Source: a virus (lineage: Duplodnaviria; Caudoviricetes). Taken from it: a stretch of 39,430 nt of DNA. The translations under genes were made by a program, and so were the position numbers. The notes beneath the pieces are model-generated. The model did not search any database, had not been told where the DNA came from, and saw nothing but the letters and a program-made list of their open reading frames with translations. The DNA is taken from IMG/VR virus record IMGVR_UViG_3300024042_000045, positions 1 to 39,430 of that record, one strand, 5' to 3'. How positions within the stretch are numbered: the first letter of the stretch is position 1; every line of letters begins with the position of its first letter. Shown here in pieces: positions 17,098 through 25,551 of the stretch.

Positions 17098-17128
17098 ATC
17101 CCTAGGCGTGCGGTGCCCGCCTTGGAAA

Positions 17129-17363
17129 CTGTCTAACTGTCTAATGAGTGTCTAGACGGTTATCGCGTTGAAATCGTTGGTGAAAGCGCCACGGATTAGA
17201 CAGTTAGACAGCTAGACAGCCAAACCTCTCATAATGTGCGCAAGCGGGCGCATACATATGAGGAAACGCGCTGTCTAACTGTCTAGTCGTCTAATTTCAT
17301 ATATAACCATATGAAATTATTGAGTATTTATCATTAGACAGAGGCTAGACAGGCTCTAGACAG
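17129..17363. repeat. Iteron cluster, probable replication origin
   Basis: Twelve CTGTCTA(A/G)-type octamers in four triplets of alternating orientation, with an AT-rich stretch at about 17295-17335, directly after the helicase. Confidence 0.8.
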
Positions 17364-17369
17364 TGCGGC

Positions 17370-17966
17370 GTGGCGGATCGGAATAAAATAACCGAGGATA
17401 ATGGCGGGGTGGATTGGGATTGGCGTGCCGATGCGGCAGCCAGCCTGGAGCGCGACCCGCACGAGCGAGTTGCCGGACGGCGCGGTCGGGGGCGTCCGAA
17501 GGGCTCGATGAACCGGAAGACGCAGGATTTCGCGGCCTGGTACGACGCCCAGGGCTTCAAGGATCCGCTGCAGCTGCAGGCCGAGTTCATGTCGGCCGAT
17601 CCGGTGGCGCTGCAGTCCTGGTTCATCGAGTATGAGCGAACCCAGAAGGCGATCGGCAAGCTGTTCGGCCAGGCCGTGCCCTCTCTCTCCGACATCGTCG
17701 AGATGCAGATGAGCGTGGCCGACAAGCTGGCTCCCTACCTGCACGGCAAGGCACCGGCGCGGGATGCGCCGGATGATGAGCGGCTGCCCGTCCTGGTCAT
17801 CAATGCCGGAACGAACCAGCTCGAGCAGGCCCAGATCGTCCAGGCCAAGCGCCTCACGGTCGGTCGCCCGATGGTCGAATTGACGCCTAATAAAATCAAT
17901 GACTTAGCGGCTGATCAGGGCGAAAGTCACACAGATAAAAGTCACACGGAAGGCAAAGGCAAATGA
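17370..17966 (+). CDS. terS: Putative terminase small subunit
   Basis: RGRGRPKGSMNRKT motif and ADKLAPYLHGK; upstream of terL; GTG start. Confidence 0.6.
   Translation: MADRNKITEDNGGVDWDWRADAAASLERDPHERVAGRRGRGRPKGSMNRKTQDFAAWYDAQGFKDPLQLQAEFMSADPVALQSWFIEYERTQKAIGKLFGQAVPSLSDIVEMQMSVADKLAPYLHGKAPARDAPDDERLPVLVINAGTNQLEQAQIVQAKRLTVGRPMVELTPNKINDLAADQGESHTDKSHTEGKGK
17894..17906 (+). promoter_or_regulatory. IHF consensus site near the putative packaging region
   Basis: AATCAATGACTTA matches WATCAANNNNTTR exactly. Confidence 0.55.
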
Positions 17967-18453
17967 TTTCAGGTGCTTACGTCTTTGATTTGCTGATAGG
18001 AAATCAGTTGCATTTGGAGGGGGACCGCCATGTTTTGCCTGGTCGGCTCGGTCTCGGCAATGCCAGGCGTGCGGGTCATGCCAGGGTGGCATCAACCTTC
18101 GGCCCCTGGGCCGCCGCAGACCTTCCCCCGAAGGGGGGGCACCCCACCCCCAGGGGCCCCGCGCGCGCGCACCGATCCACATTTGAGCAGTCGGCCAAAA
18201 GGCACGTGAAAGTTGTGCGTTTTGGCGCATCCGCCGCGTCTAAACTCTTCCACCCGGGGGTCGGGGTCCGGGCGAAAGTGAACACTTCCACGGGTCTACG
18301 GGTCTTCCAGGGCGAGATCTCTTTCGTTCTGGGGATGAGGAGGATGGGAGAGCGGACGCCCTCCGGCCTCCGGCCTGCGGTCGGCTCTAGCGGTGCCGGC
18401 GCGCCCGCGCTGTTGCGCGCGCCGGCTCTTTCTTGCTGCATGGGCTGTCGCCC

Positions 18454-20133
18454 ATGAGCCAGCATATCTCCGACATCGTCAAACGCGACGACATCAAGGT
18501 TCACACCGACGAGCAGCTGCGCAAGCTCGTCGCCGACCTTGATATCGTCGGCGACTTCGACCCCTTCGACTACACGCCACCCGGTCCCGTGGGCCAGAAG
18601 TTCCTGAATTCGTCGTTTCTGACCAGCTTCATCATGGGACCGCTCGGAGGCGGGAAGACGACGCTATGCGCGTTTCGGCGCATCATGGCGGCAACGCTGG
18701 CGCCGGTGGCCTGGCATCCGGAAGACAAGAAGCCCACTCGCATGTGCCGGTGGATCGTCCTGCGCGATACTTTCCGTTCAGCAGAAAAGACGGTTCTCGA
18801 GAGCTGGAAACAGTGGTTTCCAAAGGGCTTCCCAGGATCGAAATGGGCGGGCGGCAACGACCGACCTGTGACGCATACCTTGCGCTTCATGGGGTCGGAT
18901 GGCGTTCGCATCGAGGTCGTGACCGAATTTGCCGGCCTTGGCGAAAACTCGATCGAGACCCTGATGAAGGGGCGTGAATACTCCGGTGGATGGCTCAACG
19001 AGGCCGACACCCATGCCGACGGCGCCCTTGACGACCTTGAGCAGCGTGTGGGCCGCTATCCATCCGCCAACATTCTGCTGACCGTGCAGGAGCTCGAGGA
19101 GCTCGGCAAGAAACTCGGGCACCCAATCATTTCGGGTCAGCGACAGCGCCAGGTCATCGGCGACCTGAACGCACCGACAGTCGATAACTGGGTCTACAAG
19201 AAATTCCTCAAGGACGTGACGGAAGACCGTCACCTGTTCGTCCAGCCTTCAGGGCGATCGGAGGAGGCCGAGAACCGTTTCAATCTCGATCCAGACTACT
19301 ACGAACGCATCGTGCGCAACCAGGACGAACATTTCGTCAAGCGCATGGTCGACAACGAATTCGGCTATTCCCGCCACGGCAAGCCCGTGTATGAGAAGTT
19401 CAACCGAACGGTCCACGTCGCTCGATGGCGCATCGAGTTCGATCCCCGCCTGCCACTAGGCATCGGCATCGACATCTCCATGAACACGCTCAATCCAGCG
19501 GCTGTGCTCGGTCAGGCCAAGGGATCCCGTATTGTCGCCCTCGACGAGCTATATCTCGGCCATGGTGTCGGCGCTGCCCGCTTCGGCGAGGGCCTGCTGC
19601 GGAAGATCGAGGCCAATTATGCAGATGCATCGCGGATCCGGATCTGGGCGGACCCTGCATCCGAGTATGGTGCCGACAAGGAAGGCGGCCAGCTGGCCGC
19701 CATGGAGACAATCGCCCAGATCCTTGGCCTGCCGGTGCTGATCCCCTTCGGCGGCTCGAACGAACTGGGTTTGCGCATGGATGCGGTGAAGACCGAATTG
19801 CGCGGTTACCACGAACCGGACAGCGAGCTCCTCATCTGCCCGGTGAAATGCCCGCTGCTGCTTGAGGGCTTCGACGGAAAGTATCGTTTCAAGCGCCGGA
19901 AAGAAACCGCGTCGACCGAGTTTGAGGAGCAACCGGAGAAGACCCACCCCTGGTCGGACGTCCAGGACGCCCTGCAGTATCTCATCGGCGGGATCCGCGG
20001 CCGCTCCGCCATCATCCGCAATGCCGCCGACCGTGACCATGAACGCGATCGCCGGCCGCCGCGCGGCACTTCCGGCTGGGGACAGGGTCGGGGGAATTTC
20101 GATCCGCACAAGGTAGGGACATCATGGCACTGA
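18454..20133 (+). CDS. terL: Terminase large subunit
   Basis: Walker A GPLGGGKT, Walker B WLNEA, coupling motif DLNAP, nuclease motifs IGID, DPA, SDVQDALQY. Confidence 0.9.
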   Translation: MSQHISDIVKRDDIKVHTDEQLRKLVADLDIVGDFDPFDYTPPGPVGQKFLNSSFLTSFIMGPLGGGKTTLCAFRRIMAATLAPVAWHPEDKKPTRMCRWIVLRDTFRSAEKTVLESWKQWFPKGFPGSKWAGGNDRPVTHTLRFMGSDGVRIEVVTEFAGLGENSIETLMKGREYSGGWLNEADTHADGALDDLEQRVGRYPSANILLTVQELEELGKKLGHPIISGQRQRQVIGDLNAPTVDNWVYKKFLKDVTEDRHLFVQPSGRSEEAENRFNLDPDYYERIVRNQDEHFVKRMVDNEFGYSRHGKPVYEKFNRTVHVARWRIEFDPRLPLGIGIDISMNTLNPAAVLGQAKGSRIVALDELYLGHGVGAARFGEGLLRKIEANYADASRIRIWADPASEYGADKEGGQLAAMETIAQILGLPVLIPFGGSNELGLRMDAVKTELRGYHEPDSELLICPVKCPLLLEGFDGKYRFKRRKETASTEFEEQPEKTHPWSDVQDALQYLIGGIRGRSAIIRNAADRDHERDRRPPRGTSGWGQGRGNFDPHKVGTSWH

Positions 20134-20591
20134 TCGTCCGGGAACCCGCAACCCTGTTCGACATGGCCGAAATGAGCGGCGCAGGCACGCGCACCGGCTG
20201 GATGATCGCTCGGGAGATGTGGCGCGGTGGCGAAACATTCGCCCTGCAGGATGGCGATCAGCTGATCGGCCTGTTTGGGCTCTATCCCATCGAGGGCGGC
20301 GCGGAGGCCTGGTTCAATGTGCGTCCGGAAGCCGCAAAGCACGTGGGCTTCATCATTCGCCAGATCCGGTTGACCTTAGTTTCCCGTGACTACCCTGAAA
20401 TCGTGGTGCTCTGCACCTCGAAAGCTGGTCGCACGATTGCGCGGCGCCTCGGCTTTCGTTTCGTGCAAACAGTCGACTACGGGGAAATCTGGCATGGCGA
20501 ATTTGTTCGGAGGCGGCAGCAAGGCGGCGGACCAGTCGAATGCGCTGGCGAAGCAGAGCGCAGAGCAGCAGCAGCGGCGCACGCTGGCTGA
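20124..20591 (+). CDS. GNAT-fold-like protein
   Basis: LIGLFG...AEAWF...IARRLGFRF pattern seen in podoviral acetyltransferase-like proteins; 3' end overlaps the next gene. Confidence 0.5.
   Translation: MALIVREPATLFDMAEMSGAGTRTGWMIAREMWRGGETFALQDGDQLIGLFGLYPIEGGAEAWFNVRPEAAKHVGFIIRQIRLTLVSRDYPEIVVLCTSKAGRTIARRLGFRFVQTVDYGEIWHGEFVRRRQQGGGPVECAGEAERRAAAAAHAG
20370..20396 (+). promoter_or_regulatory. Putative late promoter motif, copy 2 (intragenic)
   Basis: TTGACC-N15-TACCCT upstream of the portal cluster. Confidence 0.45.
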
Positions 20592-20721
20592 GCTGGCGCG
20601 CCAGCAGGCCGAGGTGGACCAGGCCTCCGCAGGGCCGACCGGCCGCAAAAACGGCGGTCAGCTCCTGACCTTCCTGACAGGGCTTTCCGGCGAGGGACCG
20701 AACAAGTTCGGGCAGGTCTGA
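20494..20721 (+). CDS. Small virion-assembly protein upstream of the portal
   Basis: MANLFGGGSK, coiled coil, LLT C-terminus; TGATG coupling to the portal. Confidence 0.65.
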   Translation: MANLFGGGSKAADQSNALAKQSAEQQQRRTLAELARQQAEVDQASAGPTGRKNGGQLLTFLTGLSGEGPNKFGQV

Positions 20722-22259
20722 TGTTCGAAGTCAGCAAGCTCAAGGCGCGGCGCAACCACGCGCAGAGGGAGCGGGACGCCTTCCAGCCGCTGCTCGACGA
20801 GGCGTACCAGTACGCCATCCCGTTCCGGAAATCGACCAAGAACACAGGCCCCGCGGAAAAACGCGTCGACCAGGTCTTCGACCATACGGCGATCGACAGC
20901 GCCTTCCGCTTCGCCGGCAAGGTTCAGCAGGATTTCTGGCCGGCCGGCCAGGAGAACTTCAAGCTGGAACCCGGTCCACTGGTGATGGACGAAGGCGAGC
21001 GCGAGCAGTTCATCAAGCAACTCGGGCCGATCAGTAAGGTTGCCCAGGCGTTTTTCGAGGACGGCGACTGGGACATGGCGTTCCACGAAATGGCCCTCGA
21101 CCTTTCAGCCGGCACGGGTGCCATCCTGATGAACCCGGCGACGGATCCCGAACTGCTGTGGGAGCCGATTTCCGTCCCGATCAATGAGCTCCTGATCGAG
21201 CAGGGCCCCAACAACAAGCTTTCCGGCATCTTCTGGACGCGGAAGATGACGGTCCGCGTCTTGTTCGACACGTGGCCGGAGGGAAAGTTCGGGCACGATC
21301 TGAAGGAGATGCACCGACAAAAACCGGAAGGCGAGTTGGATGTCAACGTCGACACCGTCTACGATCGCAAGTCGCGGCGTTGGCACATGCTTGTCTGGTG
21401 CGATAAGCAGGACACAATCATCTTCTCGTCCCAGTCACGCACCTGCCCGTGGCTGATCCCGCGCTATTTCCGTGTTCCTGGCGAAACCATGGGCCGCGGC
21501 CCCGTCATGCTCGCCATGCCGACGATCAAGACGGTCAACACCGCCGCACGGCTTCAGCTACAGGCTGCCGCGATCGCGATGCTCGGCATCTATACCGCCA
21601 TCGACGATGGCGTGTTCAATCCGGATCTCGCAGCCGTACAGCCGGGCACGTTCTGGAAAGTCGCGCGCAACGGCGGCACGCTCGGCCCCTCCGTCAACCG
21701 CTTCCCGGATCCGCGTCTCGATCTGCAGAATATCGTGTTGAACGATCTGCGTATGGGCGTGAAGGCCACAATGATGGACCAGAGCCTTCCGGCCGACGGT
21801 GCCGCCGTGCGCTCGGCAACCGAAATCCTGGAACGCGTGAAACGCCTGGCATCCGACCATCTCGGGGCATACGGCCGCCTCATCAAGGAGGTTACCATCC
21901 CGGCCATCAAGCGCGTGCTCGAGCTCGCCTACAATCGCGGCCTCATCCGCAACGAGATCCCGATCGACCAGCTGATCACGAAGGTGAAAATCCAGTCGCC
22001 TTTATCGATCGCCCGCGAGGCCCAGCGCATCGAGAAGATCATCCAGTGGCTCCAGATGGTCTTGATGATCCTGCAGCAGGGCGCCAGCCGCGTTGCGCAT
22101 ATCGAGGTGGCGCTTTCCGATATCGGGCGCCAACTGGGCGTGCCCGACAACTACATCGTCACCAGCGACGAGCGCAAGAAAATGGACGAGGCAGCAGCAC
22201 AAACCGCCGCGCTTCAGGCTGCTGCCGCAGCCGCCGGCGTCACAGGAGCGACAGCATGA
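20721..22259 (+). CDS. Portal (T7-like head-tail connector)
   Basis: 512 aa; FDHTAIDSA, GETMGRGP, SATEILER, QSPLS motifs. Confidence 0.9.
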   Translation: MFEVSKLKARRNHAQRERDAFQPLLDEAYQYAIPFRKSTKNTGPAEKRVDQVFDHTAIDSAFRFAGKVQQDFWPAGQENFKLEPGPLVMDEGEREQFIKQLGPISKVAQAFFEDGDWDMAFHEMALDLSAGTGAILMNPATDPELLWEPISVPINELLIEQGPNNKLSGIFWTRKMTVRVLFDTWPEGKFGHDLKEMHRQKPEGELDVNVDTVYDRKSRRWHMLVWCDKQDTIIFSSQSRTCPWLIPRYFRVPGETMGRGPVMLAMPTIKTVNTAARLQLQAAAIAMLGIYTAIDDGVFNPDLAAVQPGTFWKVARNGGTLGPSVNRFPDPRLDLQNIVLNDLRMGVKATMMDQSLPADGAAVRSATEILERVKRLASDHLGAYGRLIKEVTIPAIKRVLELAYNRGLIRNEIPIDQLITKVKIQSPLSIAREAQRIEKIIQWLQMVLMILQQGASRVAHIEVALSDIGRQLGVPDNYIVTSDERKKMDEAAAQTAALQAAAAAAGVTGATA

Positions 22260-22624
22260 TCAGCCCGCAGGATCTTCAGAACATCATTGGCGGCGCGGCT
22301 CAGGGCGGGTGGGACTGGTTCGAAAAGGCCGATCCGAACGTCAAGCGCGCGCTGGACATCCAGCAGGAGAAGGATGCCGAGGACGCCAAGGCAATCTCCC
22401 GCGCATGGGCGCGCTTCGCCCGAAGTGCCGACGGAAAAAAGGCTCTGGAGCGGCTCTTCGACACGACGTTGCGGCGCACGGTGTTTTTCGTGCAGCTCGG
22501 GCTGGATCCCATGTCCATGGCCGTGTTCGGCGCGTTTCGCGAGGGGCAGAACGCCCTCGCGCATGAAATTGCCCGGCAAATATCGATGGGCAATCAGGAG
22601 GCGATCAAGCCTCGGGAAACCTGA
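22256..22624 (+). CDS. Bbp19-like phage protein
   Basis: FARSADGKKALERL...FREGQN motif directly after the portal; ATGA overlap. Confidence 0.7.
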   Translation: MISPQDLQNIIGGAAQGGWDWFEKADPNVKRALDIQQEKDAEDAKAISRAWARFARSADGKKALERLFDTTLRRTVFFVQLGLDPMSMAVFGAFREGQNALAHEIARQISMGNQEAIKPRET

Positions 22625-22638
22625 AAGGAAGGCGTGAC

Positions 22639-23487
22639 ATGAGAACGATCCTTGAGCGGTATATGCCGATCTTCGACGCGGGTGGCGGCGGTGCTGGCGG
22701 TGGTGGCGATCCGGGCGGCGGCGGTGGCGGGGCCTGGAGCGCCCCCCAGGGGCTTCCCGCCGAATTTTCGGGCACGAATGCGGACGAGGCGCTCGGCAAG
22801 CTGCTCACCGGTTACAACGATCTGAATACCCGGTTCGGCGGCATGCGCGAAAAGCTGGCGAAGATGCCGGCCGCACTGGAAAAGCCGGACCTCTACACCT
22901 TCGATCCTGGTGATAAGCTGAAGCCCTATTTCGGCGATCTCGCCAATAACCCGGCTTTCGGCCATGCGCGTACCGCTGCACACAAATACGGTCTCAGCCA
23001 GGAACAGTTTGCCGGCTTCATCAGCGACACCTATGCCCCGATGGTCGATGCCGGACTGCTGCCGGCGCCGTTCGATCCCGGCGCCGAGCTGAAGAATTTC
23101 CAGACGGCGACCGGGCTCGACAACAAGATGGCGCACGAGGTGTTAACCGCGAACCAGACGTTCGCCGAGGGGCTCGCCGCGCAATTGCCTGGCGTCCCCG
23201 AAAACCTCAAGGCCGATGTTGCGGCAACGTTGGTCGGGATGACGGATACCGCGGTCGGCAACATCCTGCTGCAGGCGCTGTCCACGCGCCTCGCCGACAA
23301 TGGCATTCGCATCTCCGGCAACGGTGGGGGCCAGGGTGAGTTGACGCCCGACGACCTGAAGAAACTCGACGCCGACCCGCGTATCGACCCGCGCAACCGC
23401 GACCACAAGGACCCGGCCCAGCGTTTCGATCCCGATCTGCGCAAGAAATACGATGACGCCTATAACCGGCATTTCCCCAGCCGGTAA
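22639..23487 (+). CDS. Capsid scaffolding/assembly protein
   Basis: Gly-rich N-terminus, AHKYGLSQEQF motif, helical; just upstream of the capsid gene. Confidence 0.75.
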   Translation: MRTILERYMPIFDAGGGGAGGGGDPGGGGGGAWSAPQGLPAEFSGTNADEALGKLLTGYNDLNTRFGGMREKLAKMPAALEKPDLYTFDPGDKLKPYFGDLANNPAFGHARTAAHKYGLSQEQFAGFISDTYAPMVDAGLLPAPFDPGAELKNFQTATGLDNKMAHEVLTANQTFAEGLAAQLPGVPENLKADVAATLVGMTDTAVGNILLQALSTRLADNGIRISGNGGGQGELTPDDLKKLDADPRIDPRNRDHKDPAQRFDPDLRKKYDDAYNRHFPSR

Positions 23488-23490
23488 AAG

Positions 23491-23517
23491 TTGACCGGAC
23501 TTCCGCCCGCTTATCGT
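23491..23517 (+). promoter_or_regulatory. Putative late promoter motif, copy 3 (capsid)
   Basis: TTGACC-N15-TATCGT. Confidence 0.55.
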
Positions 23518-23637
23518 CAAGATCAGCACACGGGCGGACCTGCAAAGCCCGCGGCCTCTCCGGCCTTCTGACCGGACCCGCGGGCTTTTCGCGGCCTCTC
23601 CCCCTCGGTGCCTTTCCCAATCATCGAGGATGTTTCC

Positions 23638-24510
23638 ATGACGCAGAACGCGCCGAACTGGAATACGACCCAGTACGCAAATCGTGCGATGCACATCTAT
23701 CAGCAGAAGGGCAACCGCCTGCGGCCGACCGTCACCCAGGCGATGCGCATCGAGAATAATGAAAAGGGTGTCTTCTGGCTCGCCGGCAAGACCAAGGCCA
23801 AGAAGGTCGAGCGCCGCGAACGCAACCAGCCGGGCAACGGCGAGCGGAAAAAGGTCGAAGTGCCGCTCGCGACCTGGAAGGCATTCGACGTCATCGAGGA
23901 ATACGACGTCGACCGCATGAGCGTCGACGAGAAGGAAGTCGTCTACGAGAGCGGCGCCAACGCCCTCGGCCGGGCGACCGACATCGAGATCTACGCCCAG
24001 ATGACGACGGCCGTGCCTACGGTCGGCGGGCTCGACTTCTCGGCGGGCGCTTTCGGTGCCGCCAATGCCCTGACGCTCTGCGCGGCTCTCCAGAATGACA
24101 AGGTTCCCTGGGACGGCAACGTCTATTGCGGCCTGCCCGCGCTGCAGTGGAACCAGCTCCTGGCGAACAAGGTCGTGAACTCGGCCGATCACGTCGGCCC
24201 GGACATTCCGTTCGTCAAAGCGACCGACACCCGCTTCTGGAACGGTGTCAACTGGTTCCTCTTCGTCGAGGAGGATGCCGAGGACCTCTACCCGGTACCC
24301 GAAGCCAACAAGCAGGATCTGTTCATCTGGCACAAGTCCGCCATGGGGTGGGCCAACAACACCGACCTCAGCGTCATCACCGCCTGGGACAACTACGAGA
24401 ACTGGTGGACGGTGAACATGACCTGCAAGGGCGCAGCCTCGCCAATGCAGGAAGGCAAGGGCATCAAGCGCTTCCGCACCTCCAGCAACTCCGCGATCGC
24501 GATCACGTAA
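23638..24510 (+). CDS. Major capsid protein (BPP-1-like)
   Basis: YQQKGNRLRPTV, ANALGRATD motifs; GAGGA RBS; strong codon bias; position in the head module. Confidence 0.85.
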   Translation: MTQNAPNWNTTQYANRAMHIYQQKGNRLRPTVTQAMRIENNEKGVFWLAGKTKAKKVERRERNQPGNGERKKVEVPLATWKAFDVIEEYDVDRMSVDEKEVVYESGANALGRATDIEIYAQMTTAVPTVGGLDFSAGAFGAANALTLCAALQNDKVPWDGNVYCGLPALQWNQLLANKVVNSADHVGPDIPFVKATDTRFWNGVNWFLFVEEDAEDLYPVPEANKQDLFIWHKSAMGWANNTDLSVITAWDNYENWWTVNMTCKGAASPMQEGKGIKRFRTSSNSAIAIT

Positions 24511-24573
24511 CGCCGGCGCCGGCGCCCGCGCCGGCTCCATACTTTCCGCTCAACCAGCACAGAGGAGCCAATC

Positions 24574-24849
24574 ATGGCTTTCGACAAGAAGGGGTTCCGG
24601 ACGACCGACTTCATGTTCAACCCGTCCGGCGTGGCCGGCGCCAATCTCGGCCGCCACGTCTATGTGACCAACGATGACACGGCCGCCGTCGAGACGGCAG
24701 GTTATTTCAACGCGCTCGCCAAGCTCCTGAAGAAGGGCGACCACATCGACATGACGCTCGATCTCGATGGCACGGTCATGCGGCGGAACTACATCGTCAC
24801 CGCCAACACCGGCTCGGCCGTCACGATCGCCGACCAGAACGTCGCCTGA
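24574..24849 (+). CDS. Small structural protein (decoration/cement-like)
   Basis: GAGGAG RBS; VETAGYFN...KGDHI motif; follows the capsid gene. Confidence 0.6.
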   Translation: MAFDKKGFRTTDFMFNPSGVAGANLGRHVYVTNDDTAAVETAGYFNALAKLLKKGDHIDMTLDLDGTVMRRNYIVTANTGSAVTIADQNVA

Positions 24850-24921
24850 CGCCTGGCTGCCTTGTCCTCGCCGGCCGTCACGCCGCCGGCGAGGGCTTGT
24901 CATTTCCGGAGACCCCGCTTT

Positions 24922-25551
24922 ATGGCCCTTCTGACAGCGCTCGACATCATCAACACCGCCTGCGCCATGATTGGCGAGGAGCCGGTGCAGAGCCTCACCG
25001 ACGATCTCGGCGGCGGGCAAAGCGCGTCACTCCTCTATGAGGCCGTCGTCGACTTCAATCTCGGGCTTCAGCCCTCCGGTTTCCAGTTCGCGCGCGAGGT
25101 TCGTCAGCTGTCGCGTGTCGCCGGCGTGACGGCCTATACCGGCTACGCCTATGTGTTCGAGGTGCCGGCTCCGTATTCAGGCCCACCCGTCTTTTTCACG
25201 GATGACCCCAGTGATCCGGATCGTCGGTATGATCGCTTCCTGCTCACCTCCGGCCGCGTCCATGCCAGCGACGATCCACTCTACGCCATGGTGAAATTCC
25301 GGCCGGATCCGCATCGCTGGCCCGCTACGTTTCGCATGGCGACCATGACCGCGCTCGCCGCTCAACTGGCCTTCGCGATTGCCTCTGACCGCAACACCAT
25401 GCAGATCAGGCAGCAAGAGGCCTACGGCTCTCCATCCGATAATTTCCGGGGCGGGCTCATGCGCACGGCGCTCTCCGAGGACGGCTTCGCCAATCCGCCG
25501 CGCCGCGTTTCGATGGCCCGAAATCCCCTCGAGCAAGCCTGGAGAGGCTGA
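24922..25551 (+). CDS. Tail tubular protein A / adaptor (T7 gp11-like)
   Basis: TALDIINTACAMIGEEPVQSL N-terminus; gene order. Confidence 0.75.
   Translation: MALLTALDIINTACAMIGEEPVQSLTDDLGGGQSASLLYEAVVDFNLGLQPSGFQFAREVRQLSRVAGVTAYTGYAYVFEVPAPYSGPPVFFTDDPSDPDRRYDRFLLTSGRVHASDDPLYAMVKFRPDPHRWPATFRMATMTALAAQLAFAIASDRNTMQIRQQEAYGSPSDNFRGGLMRTALSEDGFANPPRRVSMARNPLEQAWRG

Noticed and set aside
17129-17363. CRISPR array
   Set aside because: Repeats are 8-mers in alternating orientation with no unique spacers and no cas genes; they fit iterons
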